This document shows positions 18,807-27,674 of a stretch of 64,000 nt of DNA, piece after piece. A program made the translations under genes and the position numbers. The notes beneath the pieces are model-generated. The model was not told the origin of the DNA. It worked only from the letters and a program-made list of their open reading frames with translations, and searched no databases. Source of the DNA: an uncultured Candidatus Saccharibacteria bacterium (GTDB lineage Bacteria; Patescibacteriota; Saccharimonadia; Saccharimonadales; JACDBH01); contig CAZXJN010000004.1 in NCBI GenBank assembly GCA_964641015.1, positions 2,659 to 66,658 of the forward strand, written 5' to 3'. Positions within the stretch are counted from its first letter, which is position 1, and every line of letters starts with the position of its first letter.

Positions 18807-18964
18807 ATTTAGGGGAGAGCAGTCCGAGTGCGGATTTATTCCGCACCCGGCACGATTGTGGGGTCCCCGATGAATTTATTCATCGGGGTAAGGTTAGAGG
18901 GGATGTGCCCCTCTCATGAGGCGAAGCCGACGAGGCGCACCGGCCGCGGCATGTGCCACGTAGC
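18761..18964 (+). repeat. 30-bp direct duplication of the msrA 3' end bracketing a three-hairpin insert
   Basis: gcgcaccggccgtggcatgtgccacgtagc at 18761-18790 versus gcgcaccggccgcggcatgtgccacgtagc at 18935-18964 (29/30). Hairpins at 18828-18846, 18865-18888 and 18897-18913. Confidence 0.8.
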
Positions 18965-18999
18965 ATACAAAAAACTCTAGATACTATATACTGATCCCA

Positions 19000-19599
19000 A
19001 TGATAAGAGTCGAGCCGTATTACCAGCCAAGATTACCGAATGCTTTTTGGGGTAGGTTATTTGATGTAGAGCTTGTACTGAACACCCAGGGCGACGTATT
19101 TGTTAATTTTTCTAAGGTAGGCGACGAGGAAACAGAAATAACTTACCCAATAAAGTATTGCAACGAAGCCATATTGAACACAAGCCTAGGCATAATCGGC
19201 TGCAAGGCTGGAAGAATTGACGAAGCTGCTTTTGTAAAGGAGATGCTGGCCTCGGCAGATGATGAGGATTGGTCGTCAGATGAAAGAGTTTGTGCGCGGG
19301 AAACTAAGCTTGCATTTGACGAGTCAGTACGAGAGAAGCCTTACGGCAATACGCTTTATACTTACCAAGGGCAAACTACTGTCCGGTATGAACCTGGAGA
19401 CATGCATTTTTCCTTTCAGCTAGAGCATCGACTTGCCGACACGCCCGCTCTGACACTGCTTGATCTAGAGATGATACCAGTAATAACCGACAAGGTAGCT
19501 GCTCCAAAACGGGGTATTTCGGCAGAATATTTTGCCTTTGCGAGAAAGGTAGCCGACACCATATCCCATCTATGGCTACCCACTACCTCTGATAATTAG
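19000..19599 (+). CDS. Hypothetical protein (199 aa)
   Basis: Clean ORF with TATACT 7 nt upstream of the ATG. No recognisable motif. Confidence 0.5.
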   Translation: MIRVEPYYQPRLPNAFWGRLFDVELVLNTQGDVFVNFSKVGDEETEITYPIKYCNEAILNTSLGIIGCKAGRIDEAAFVKEMLASADDEDWSSDERVCARETKLAFDESVREKPYGNTLYTYQGQTTVRYEPGDMHFSFQLEHRLADTPALTLLDLEMIPVITDKVAAPKRGISAEYFAFARKVADTISHLWLPTTSDN

Positions 19600-19614
19600 G
19601 TATACTAAGGGTAT

Positions 19615-20244
19615 ATGAACTATATCTTTGATTTTGACGGGACGCTGGCTGACAGTTTGCCGGCGCTGATTGCGGTGTTTAATAAGAATATCCGCGGCAA
19701 CGAGGCGCCGCTTACCCCAGAAGAAATCCAAAAATTCCGTGGCATGACCAGCAGGCAGGCAATACGAATGGCCAGGGTGCGCTGGTGGCAGCTGCCAAGA
19801 GTGCTTATGACTGCCATGCCAGATTTTTATGCGCTCATGTCGACACTCAAGCCGTTTGATGGTATTCCAGAGATGCTAAAGCAGCTGCATGATAGGGGTG
19901 ACAAGCTATTTATTGTGACATCAAACTCCAACGAGAGCGTCAGAGTGTTTTTAAAAAAGCATGGATTAGGCGGCTACTTCACTGATGTCATGTCGAGCGC
20001 CGGTCTGTTTAACAAGGGCCGGACAATCCGCCGTCTCATCAAGAACAACAATCTCAAGCGTCGCGACTGCGTGTATGTGGGCGACGAGACCCGAGATGTC
20101 CGAGCAGCTCGCCTGGCGAGAATTAAACCAGTATCAGTTACGTGGGGGTTCAATACTGCCAAAATTTTAAAGAAGCAGCGGCCGGCATACCTCATCAGCC
20201 ATCCAAACGAGCTTTTGGACATACCGCCAAGGGATAAAAAATGA
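19615..20244 (+). CDS. HAD-superfamily phosphatase (phosphoglycolate-phosphatase-like)
   Basis: Motif I FDFDGTLADS, motif II VTSNS and motif III/IV YVGDETRD. Confidence 0.75.
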   Translation: MNYIFDFDGTLADSLPALIAVFNKNIRGNEAPLTPEEIQKFRGMTSRQAIRMARVRWWQLPRVLMTAMPDFYALMSTLKPFDGIPEMLKQLHDRGDKLFIVTSNSNESVRVFLKKHGLGGYFTDVMSSAGLFNKGRTIRRLIKNNNLKRRDCVYVGDETRDVRAARLARIKPVSVTWGFNTAKILKKQRPAYLISHPNELLDIPPRDKK

Positions 20245-20933
20245 AGCTACATCGTTTCTATGTGCATCCGGAGCGTCTGGAGCTGACGCAGGAGTTGTGG
20301 GTGCACGACAAAGCATTGCTCAATCAGTGGCTTAGGGTCCTGCGTCTGCGCGAGGGCAGTCAAGTGGTGCTGTTCGACGGTATAGAAACCGAGCGCCTGT
20401 ACAAAATCGTTCAGATAGAAAAAGACGGCGCAAAATTAGGACTAGTCACAGAATTCGAACGCACCCTGCCAGATAGGCAGATATATGTATTTTTTAGCCT
20501 GCTAAAAAAGGATAAAAACGAATGGGTGCTGCAAAAATGCACGGAGCTCGGGGCGCGCAATTTTGTGCCGATTATCGCTGACCGCAGCGAAAAGACAGGG
20601 TTTAATATCGAGCGAGCCAAAAAGATTGTAATCGAAGCGGCCGAGCAGTGCGGCAGATCCGATATCCCGGATGTGCGCGAGCCAATCGGGGTGAATGAGT
20701 TTATAAATGACTACCAGGGCAAACTCGCGGTGCTTATTTGCGATGAGAGAGAAGGGGGCAAGGGGGTAGAGCTCTCCGACGACCCCATCGGCGTGCTTAT
20801 TGGGCCGGAGGGCGGCTGGACAGATGAAGAGCTAGCGAGATTTAAAGAGGCGGGTTTTGGCAGTCTGCACCTCGGCAAGCTAACGCTTCGCGCAGAGACC
20901 GCCGCAGTCGCCGCCGTCACAAAGCTCACTTAA
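20241..20933 (+). CDS. rsmE: 16S rRNA m3U1498 methyltransferase
   Basis: MKLHRFYV N-terminus and LIGPEGGWTDEE knot-region motif. 4-nt ATGA overlap with the previous gene. Confidence 0.85.
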   Translation: MKLHRFYVHPERLELTQELWVHDKALLNQWLRVLRLREGSQVVLFDGIETERLYKIVQIEKDGAKLGLVTEFERTLPDRQIYVFFSLLKKDKNEWVLQKCTELGARNFVPIIADRSEKTGFNIERAKKIVIEAAEQCGRSDIPDVREPIGVNEFINDYQGKLAVLICDEREGGKGVELSDDPIGVLIGPEGGWTDEELARFKEAGFGSLHLGKLTLRAETAAVAAVTKLT

Positions 20934-20955
20934 TCCCAGGTTTTGTTCATTGCAT

Positions 20956-21017
20956 CAAAAAGGGCGCACTGCAGGCGAGTCTGCGACCCGGCCTGCGCGG
21001 CTGACTGACCCTTTTTG
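20956..21017 (+). terminator. GC-rich structured element flanked by A5/T5 after rsmE (terminator-like)
   Basis: CAAAAAGGG (20956-20964) pairs with CCCTTTTTG (21009-21017). The arms enclose GC-rich sub-hairpins. Confidence 0.45.
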
Positions 21018-21049
21018 ACCCAACGACCAAAACTAAACAGGGCTAGGTA

Positions 21050-21078
21050 TTGACAAGATTAACCATTAGCGGTATAAT
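21050..21078 (+). promoter_or_regulatory. Consensus sigma70-type promoter
   Basis: TTGACA (21050-21055), 17-nt spacer, TATAAT (21073-21078). It sits upstream of the PD-(D/E)XK nuclease gene. Confidence 0.6.
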
Positions 21079-21129
21079 TGACATATTCCTTTGCTCGCTT
21101 TGGGGCAAAAATCTCTGTACAATTAAACT

Positions 21130-21912
21130 ATGAACTATTGGAGAGAACGAAGCCGGCCGTACAGGCCAGGGCAAAAAACGCCGTTCAAGATCAGCCGCAG
21201 CAAAATCGAGCTGTTTATGCAATGTCCGCGCTGTTTTTGGCTGGATGTTCGACTGAAAATTACCCGGCCCTCTAGTCCGCCATTCAATATCAATAAAGCC
21301 ATTGATGAGCTATTCAAAAAAGAGTTCGACAAATACCGTAGCGAAAAAAAGCCGCATCCGTTGATGGTGGAGTTCGGCGTGAATGCGATTCCATTCGAGC
21401 ACGACCAGCTGGAGACGTGGCGAGAAACATTCGTAGGGGTGACGACGCTTCACCAGCCAACCAACCTGCATATTTTTGGCGGAGTCGACGATGTGTGGGT
21501 GGATGAGAGCGGCAAGCTGATCGTGGTAGATTACAAAGCAACTGCCAAAGACAGGGACGTGTCGATTGATTCTGACTGGCAGATTGCTTATAAGCGCCAG
21601 CTGGAGGTCTATCAATGGCTGCTGCGCCAGAATGGATTTGAGGTAAGCGACACTGGCTACTTTGTCTATGCAAACGGCCGCATGGATTTAGAAGGGTTTA
21701 ATGATCGGGTTGAGTTTCGCACCAAAATCATTCCCTATACCGGCAGCGACGAATGGGTAGAGCCGACTATTAAAAAAATGAAAAAATGCATGGACAATGA
21801 CACGATGCCAGCGGTTGGCGCGGCGGCTATGGGCGGCCCGTGCGAATTCTGCGAATATGCGAAGTCTCGAACTAAGCTAACTCTGGACCACGTCAAAAAA
21901 ACTAAGTCTTAA
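21130..21912 (+). CDS. PD-(D/E)XK nuclease with Cas4/AddB-like Cys cluster
   Basis: GGVDDVWVDESGKLIVVDYKAT (D...D/ExK) and QLEVYQWLL (QxxxY). N-terminal CPRC plus C-terminal C...CEFC. Confidence 0.7.
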   Translation: MNYWRERSRPYRPGQKTPFKISRSKIELFMQCPRCFWLDVRLKITRPSSPPFNINKAIDELFKKEFDKYRSEKKPHPLMVEFGVNAIPFEHDQLETWRETFVGVTTLHQPTNLHIFGGVDDVWVDESGKLIVVDYKATAKDRDVSIDSDWQIAYKRQLEVYQWLLRQNGFEVSDTGYFVYANGRMDLEGFNDRVEFRTKIIPYTGSDEWVEPTIKKMKKCMDNDTMPAVGAAAMGGPCEFCEYAKSRTKLTLDHVKKTKS

Positions 21913-21952
21913 AATACAAGCTACCAGCTGCTAGATACGATATACTATAGGT

Positions 21953-23197
21953 ATGATAGATATACAGATCGTCCGAGATAATCCAGGATTAGTGAAACAA
22001 AAATCATCTGAAAAAGGCTACGATATTAATGTCGATGCATTACTGGCGCTTGATGCTGATCGTCGGGAGCTTCTCCAGCAGGTAGAGGCACTTCGTGCCC
22101 GCCGCAATGAGAACGCTGACAAAATGAAGGGCGGCAAGCCAGAGCAGGCTGTAATTGACGAAGGCAAGCAGATCAAGGTTGAGCTCGCGGAGCGTGAAGA
22201 GTATCTAGCCAAGACCGAAAAAGACTGGCACGAACTTCTCGCAAGCATCCCCAATCTCACATTCGATGATGTGCCGGTGGGCGATGAGTCGGCGAGTGTA
22301 GAGGTGGGAGAGTTTGGCGCTCGTGACACGGGTGCTGAGGATCATTTGGATTTTGTGTTGCGCAAGGATTGGGTGGATTTTGAGCGCGGTGCCAAGGTCG
22401 CAGGTACAAAGTTCTTTTTTCTAAAGCAAGACCTGGCGCTGCTCGAAAATGCTTTGCTGCAGTACGCGCTGCAGTTTGTCATAGAAAAAGGATTTACATT
22501 CATGACCGTGCCGCATCTGGCCAATAGTGCAACCGCGGCCGGGACAGGATTTGCACCGCGAAGCAGCGAGCAAAGTGACGAATATTTCATCGAGCACGAA
22601 GATTTGTCGCTGATTGCAACTGCAGAAATACCGCTGACAGGCTACCACGCCGGCGAGATTCTGAACGAGGCGGATCTGCCGCTGCTTTATGCTGGTTACA
22701 GTCCATGCTATCGCCGTGAGGCTGGTGCTGCAGGCAAGCACACAAGAGGGTTGTTTAGGGTGCATCAGTTCAATAAACTTGAGCTCTATGCTTTTACGCT
22801 GCCCGAGCAGAGCCAAGAGCTGCATGAGCGGCTGCGTGGCATTGAAGAGGAGCTGTGGCAGTCGCTCGGGATTCCGTACAGGGTGATTAATATTGCCAGT
22901 GGCGACCTAGGCGCGCCGGCTGCCAAAAAATACGACATCGAGTATTGGTCAAAAGCCGATGGCGCGTTCCGTGAGCTCACAAGCTGCTCCAACTGCACCG
23001 ACTTCCAGGCGCGCAATCTCAATATTCGCGTACGGCGGGCAGGCGGCCAGCTTGAATACGTCCATACGCTCAACGGCACTGCCGTTGCATTTGCGCGCTC
23101 GCTGATTGCTATTATTGAGCATTATCAGACCGAGGATGGCAACCTGACCATACCGGAGCCGCTACGGGTGTTTATGGGCGGTCGCGAAACCATATAA
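21953..23197 (+). CDS. serS: Seryl-tRNA synthetase
   Basis: N-terminal coiled-coil arm, motif 2 YRREAGAAGKHTRGLFRVHQFNKLE and motif 3 region GTAVAFARSLIAIIE. Confidence 0.95.
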   Translation: MIDIQIVRDNPGLVKQKSSEKGYDINVDALLALDADRRELLQQVEALRARRNENADKMKGGKPEQAVIDEGKQIKVELAEREEYLAKTEKDWHELLASIPNLTFDDVPVGDESASVEVGEFGARDTGAEDHLDFVLRKDWVDFERGAKVAGTKFFFLKQDLALLENALLQYALQFVIEKGFTFMTVPHLANSATAAGTGFAPRSSEQSDEYFIEHEDLSLIATAEIPLTGYHAGEILNEADLPLLYAGYSPCYRREAGAAGKHTRGLFRVHQFNKLELYAFTLPEQSQELHERLRGIEEELWQSLGIPYRVINIASGDLGAPAAKKYDIEYWSKADGAFRELTSCSNCTDFQARNLNIRVRRAGGQLEYVHTLNGTAVAFARSLIAIIEHYQTEDGNLTIPEPLRVFMGGRETI

Positions 23198-23222
23198 ATC
23201 GTTAACAAAAGGGAGGGGTCCT

Positions 23223-23594
23223 ATGTTTAAAAAGATGGAAATCACCGGAGTGCACGTCGATATCGACGACAAACTCAATAAATACATCAAAAAAACCATA
23301 GGCAAGCTTGAGCGGTACCTGCCGCGGCATGCGCGCAAGAGCGCGCATATCGAAGTAAAACTGCGCGAGAACAAAAAGCACAAGACCGATCAGTATACCG
23401 CCGAGGTGATTATGCGCTTGCCGCGCGACACCCTGACTGCCAAAGAGTCAACTATCAATATGTATGCGGCGATTGATATCGTAGAGGCCAAGCTTCACAA
23501 CCAGCTCAAGCGCTACAAAGAAATTCATAGCGATCCCAAGTTTTACCGCCGTCTGGCTAGCCGGTTCCGCCGCCGAAATCCAAATCAATTATAA
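23223..23594 (+). CDS. hpf: Ribosome hibernation factor (short HPF/RaiA type)
   Basis: MEITGVHVDIDDKLNKYIKKTIGKLERYLP and AAIDIVEAKLHNQLKRYKE pattern. No long C-terminal dimerisation domain. Confidence 0.75.
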   Translation: MFKKMEITGVHVDIDDKLNKYIKKTIGKLERYLPRHARKSAHIEVKLRENKKHKTDQYTAEVIMRLPRDTLTAKESTINMYAAIDIVEAKLHNQLKRYKEIHSDPKFYRRLASRFRRRNPNQL

Positions 23595-23699
23595 GTGCCG
23601 AAAAAATAACAACGGAAAAACCACGCCCGGGGTACAAATAGAGGTGGCTTAGGTGTACAATACGTGGGACTACAAAATTTCATGAGAGGCTAAAACTTG

Positions 23700-26312
23700 A
23701 TGAAGAATAAATATCTGAAACGACTGTTAGGTGATCCGCAAGTAAAAACGCTCAAGCGCTTGCAAAAACGCGTGGTTACCATCAACAAGCTAGAGGCAAA
23801 GTACAAAAAATTATCAGACAAAAAGCTGCAGGAGCAAACCAAGCTTCTCAAAAAGCGGCTCGAAAAAGAAACGCTCGATGGAATTTTGCCTGATGCGTTT
23901 GCAGTGGTGCGCGAAGCTGCCCGCCGTACGCTTGGGCAGCGCCACTTTGATGTACAGCTTATCGGCGGCATGGTGCTCCATGACGGAAGCGTTGCCGAAA
24001 TGAAAACCGGTGAAGGTAAAACATTAGTAGCAACACTACCGGTGTATCTCAACGCGCTGACCGGCAAGGGCGTACACGTGGTGACAGTGAACGATTATCT
24101 GGCGCAGCGTGATGCAGGCTGGATGTCGGAGGTGTATCACTTTTTGGGGCTGAGCGTGGGCGTGATTATCCCTGATCAGTCCTATGTGTATGATCCAGAG
24201 TACACGAACGAAAATCATGACGACCCTCGTTTCAGGCACCTGAAGCCCAGTACACGCCAGGAGGCATACCAGGCAGATATTACGTACGGTACTAATAACG
24301 AATTCGGTTTTGACTATCTGCGTGACAATATGGTTCGTGAAACCGATCAGCTGCGCCAGCGCGAGCTGCATTATGCGATCGTGGACGAAGTCGACTCTAT
24401 TTTGATTGACGAAGCTCGTACGCCGCTGATTATTTCAGCGCCCGCGACTGCATCCGGCGCGAGCTATGGTCAATTTTCTAAAGTTGTCCGCCAGCTCAAG
24501 CCAGAGCACTATGAGATTGACGAAAAGCGCAAGAGCGTAATCCTGACCGACAGCGGCGTCGAAAAGATTGAAAAGGTGCTTGGGATCAAGGATTTGTACT
24601 CTACCGAGCATATCAGGAATATTTATCACCTTGACCAGGCGCTCAAGGCGCAGCTGCTGTTTAAGCGGGACAAAGATTATGTAGTCAGTACCGACGGCGA
24701 GATTGTCATTGTCGACCAATTTACCGGACGTTTGCTGCGCGGCCGGCGCTATAACGAAGGCCTGCACCAGGCGATTGAAGCCAAAGAGGGCGTTGATGTT
24801 CAAGAAGAGTCAATGACGCTGGCAACGATTAGTTTCCAGAACTTGTTCCGCCTGTATGACAAGCTGGCTGGTATGACAGGTACGGCTACCACTGAGGCTG
24901 AGGAGTTCCATCAGATTTATAAACTCGATGTAGTAGAGGTTCCGCCAAACCGCAAAATTATTCGTGACGATCGCCCCGATCGGATTTATAAAACCGAAGC
25001 TGGTAAATTCAGAGCAATCATCAATGAGGTCAAAGAGCTTCATAAAAAAGGTCAGCCGGTACTGATCGGTACTGTTTCTATCGAGAAAAATGAAGTGCTG
25101 TCGCGCCAGCTCAAAAAAGCCGGTATTCCGCACCAAGTGCTCAATGCCAAGAATAACGAACGCGAGGCGGCAATTGTCGCCGAGGCCGGCCAAAAGGGCG
25201 CAGTTACTTTGGCAACCAACATTGCTGGTCGTGGTACAGACATTGTACTGACTGATGAAACGAAAAAGCTCGGCGGGCTAGTGGTGATAGGCTCTGAGCG
25301 GCATGAATCACGGCGAATTGACAACCAGCTGCGCGGGCGCGCCGGGCGTCAGGGCGATCCAGGTATGACCCAATTCTTTGTCAGTACCGAGGACGAACTG
25401 ATGCGTATATTCGGCGGTGATCGAATTGGCAAGCTTATGAATCGGCTCAAGGTCGATGATGATACCCCGATTGAAAATCGTTTGATTAGCAAGAGTCTAG
25501 AGTCGGCGCAGAAAAAGGTTGAAGGCTTTAACTTTGATACCCGTAAGAACGTGGTCCAGTACGATGACGTAATGAACCGTCACCGTAAGGCGGTTTACAG
25601 TATGCGCCGCGAAATCCTGCTGCAGGCTGATATCAGCAAGCGCATTCGAGCGTTTATGGCCGAGGAGGTAAAGGCGTTGGTTGTCTCGCCTGATTCACTT
25701 ACCGAAAAGTTCGAAGCTATCCTTACTGAGGTATTTCCGCTTGATGAATCTACGCTTGATAGATTGTTTGATGTTGATGCGGGCAAATTTGAATCCGAAC
25801 TGCTTGCAGAGGTCGAAGAGCTGTATGCGGGACGCGAGGCCGCCTTTGGCGCTGATGTGCTTCGTAAAATCGAGCGCGATATCTACCTGCAAGTATTGGA
25901 TAATCTCTGGATGCAGCACCTTGAGAGCATGGATCATCTCCGCGAAGGCATCCACTGGCTAAGCGTCGGGCAGCGCGATCCACTCGTGGAGTACCGCCGC
26001 CAGTCGCAGGTGTTGTTTAGCGAAATGCAGCTGACGCTACGCCACGATGTACTGCGGAGCATTTTCCACGCACGACCGGTGGCCGAAAATGAGCTGGATC
26101 GTCCGATCGAAACAGAGCTCACACGGGCAGCTCGCAGCTCGGTAGACAATGCCGATAAGATTCTAGAGGCTGATAGTTTTGACGAGACGGACTTTGATCA
26201 ATCGGTAAAAACGCGAACTGCCGCGACAAAACCAGTAGTGACCAAAGTACAAAAACAACAAAAGCGCAAAGCTGAGCGCAAAAACCGCAAGAAAGGCAAG
26301 AAGCGAAAGTAG
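23700..26312 (+). CDS. secA: Preprotein translocase ATPase SecA
   Basis: Walker A MKTGEGKTLVATLP and DEVDSILIDEARTPLIIS. The C-terminus is a polybasic tail (QKQQKRKAERKNRKKGKKRK) rather than a Cys-rich Zn motif. Confidence 0.95.
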   Translation: MKNKYLKRLLGDPQVKTLKRLQKRVVTINKLEAKYKKLSDKKLQEQTKLLKKRLEKETLDGILPDAFAVVREAARRTLGQRHFDVQLIGGMVLHDGSVAEMKTGEGKTLVATLPVYLNALTGKGVHVVTVNDYLAQRDAGWMSEVYHFLGLSVGVIIPDQSYVYDPEYTNENHDDPRFRHLKPSTRQEAYQADITYGTNNEFGFDYLRDNMVRETDQLRQRELHYAIVDEVDSILIDEARTPLIISAPATASGASYGQFSKVVRQLKPEHYEIDEKRKSVILTDSGVEKIEKVLGIKDLYSTEHIRNIYHLDQALKAQLLFKRDKDYVVSTDGEIVIVDQFTGRLLRGRRYNEGLHQAIEAKEGVDVQEESMTLATISFQNLFRLYDKLAGMTGTATTEAEEFHQIYKLDVVEVPPNRKIIRDDRPDRIYKTEAGKFRAIINEVKELHKKGQPVLIGTVSIEKNEVLSRQLKKAGIPHQVLNAKNNEREAAIVAEAGQKGAVTLATNIAGRGTDIVLTDETKKLGGLVVIGSERHESRRIDNQLRGRAGRQGDPGMTQFFVSTEDELMRIFGGDRIGKLMNRLKVDDDTPIENRLISKSLESAQKKVEGFNFDTRKNVVQYDDVMNRHRKAVYSMRREILLQADISKRIRAFMAEEVKALVVSPDSLTEKFEAILTEVFPLDESTLDRLFDVDAGKFESELLAEVEELYAGREAAFGADVLRKIERDIYLQVLDNLWMQHLESMDHLREGIHWLSVGQRDPLVEYRRQSQVLFSEMQLTLRHDVLRSIFHARPVAENELDRPIETELTRAARSSVDNADKILEADSFDETDFDQSVKTRTAATKPVVTKVQKQQKRKAERKNRKKGKKRK

Positions 26313-26379
26313 TATCTGGTAGCTCGGAGCTGGTAGCTGGTATACGAGTAACGAGCGGCTAGATACGAGATACTAACCC

Positions 26380-27672
26380 ATGAAACATACCGTTGAAAAA
26401 GTAGTGCTTGAAAATGGTGCAGAAGGCCTGCTAATTGATATTGCCGATGCCAGTGTAATGACCTTTGAATTTAATTTTCGCGCGGGCGAATATTTGGTCG
26501 ATCCGGCCAAATGGGAGACGCCCCATATAATGGAGCACGTACTGCTGGGGGCGAACGAAAAGTTCCCTAAGGCGCGAATTTTCCAGGCAGAGTTTGAAAA
26601 AAATGGTGCCTACAACAATGCCAGTACCGGCGTGTACGACATTACCTACGAGGCCGAATGCGCTGATTTTGAATGGGATCGAATTCTGGACCTTATGCTG
26701 CTGGCAATTAGTAAGCCGCTGTTTCTTCAGGAGGAGTTTGATGCAGAGCTAGGGAATGTCCGCGAAGAGCTCAATGGCCGGGCAAACAATCATTTTAGGC
26801 ACTTGAGCCTTGCGATGCGCAAGTACTGCGGATACCAGGCAATGACTGACCGTGAGCGCATCAAGCTGCTTGGCAACAACACCAAAGAAGATACCGAAGC
26901 CCATTACCGTAAAACGCACACAACATCAAATATGCGGTTTGTGATTGCGGGAAGTATCAAGGGGCACCGGGCAACGATTTTGCGAATGCTCGAAGACATG
27001 CCGCTGCCAAAGGGCAATGGGCGTATTCCGCTGCCGGTCGAGATTCCTATCAAGCAGGAAAAAGGCCTGTATTTGCGTAATCCCAGCGTAAAAAACGTCT
27101 ACTTTATTGTTGATACATTTCATGTCGAGCAGCTGGATGAGCCGCAATGGGATGCGGGACAGCTTATCAATACTATGCTGACAGAGACTCTGTACTCAAA
27201 TATATTAGGTGCGGCCCGTGAGCGGGGACTGGTGTATCACATGAGCTCCGGATTTAATCAATTGGCGCAGAATGTTTCCTGGTGGTTTGGCGCGCAAGTT
27301 ATGCCGGGCAATGTCCAGCCGCTGTTTGATATTATGATTACCGAAATCAACAAAGTAAGAGATGGTGATATTGACGAAGCTGATATCGAGGCAGCCAAGC
27401 AGTATATGCTGGGGCGCTACCAGCGAGCAGGCCAAACCGTTGCAGGGACAGCGGCAGGCTATACCAATAAATATTTCTTTGAAGACACTATCGATGACTA
27501 TTATGCATTGCCAGAGCGCATCAAAGCAGTAACCAAGAAACGCATTATTGATACGACTGAGCTTATGTTCAGTGATGACGTATGGGACATGGGCATGCTG
27601 GGCAGTGTGGGGCGGCCGTTCGTTGACGAAGCATACACGCAGCTCGAGGCGCTGTGGCAGAAAAAGGGGTAG
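26380..27672 (+). CDS. M16 (pitrilysin/insulinase) family zinc peptidase
   Basis: Inverted zincin motif HIMEH (HxxEH) near the N-terminus, within a two-domain length of 430 aa. Confidence 0.8.
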   Translation: MKHTVEKVVLENGAEGLLIDIADASVMTFEFNFRAGEYLVDPAKWETPHIMEHVLLGANEKFPKARIFQAEFEKNGAYNNASTGVYDITYEAECADFEWDRILDLMLLAISKPLFLQEEFDAELGNVREELNGRANNHFRHLSLAMRKYCGYQAMTDRERIKLLGNNTKEDTEAHYRKTHTTSNMRFVIAGSIKGHRATILRMLEDMPLPKGNGRIPLPVEIPIKQEKGLYLRNPSVKNVYFIVDTFHVEQLDEPQWDAGQLINTMLTETLYSNILGAARERGLVYHMSSGFNQLAQNVSWWFGAQVMPGNVQPLFDIMITEINKVRDGDIDEADIEAAKQYMLGRYQRAGQTVAGTAAGYTNKYFFEDTIDDYYALPERIKAVTKKRIIDTTELMFSDDVWDMGMLGSVGRPFVDEAYTQLEALWQKKG

Positions 27673-27674
27673 AA

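Noticed and set aside
18828-18846. Hairpin read as a tRNA anticodon arm with a UUA (ochre-suppressor) anticodon
   Set aside because: A 5-bp stem with a 7-nt loop can be drawn. However, position 37 is a pyrimidine, and there is no acceptor stem, D-arm or GTTC-type T-arm around it.
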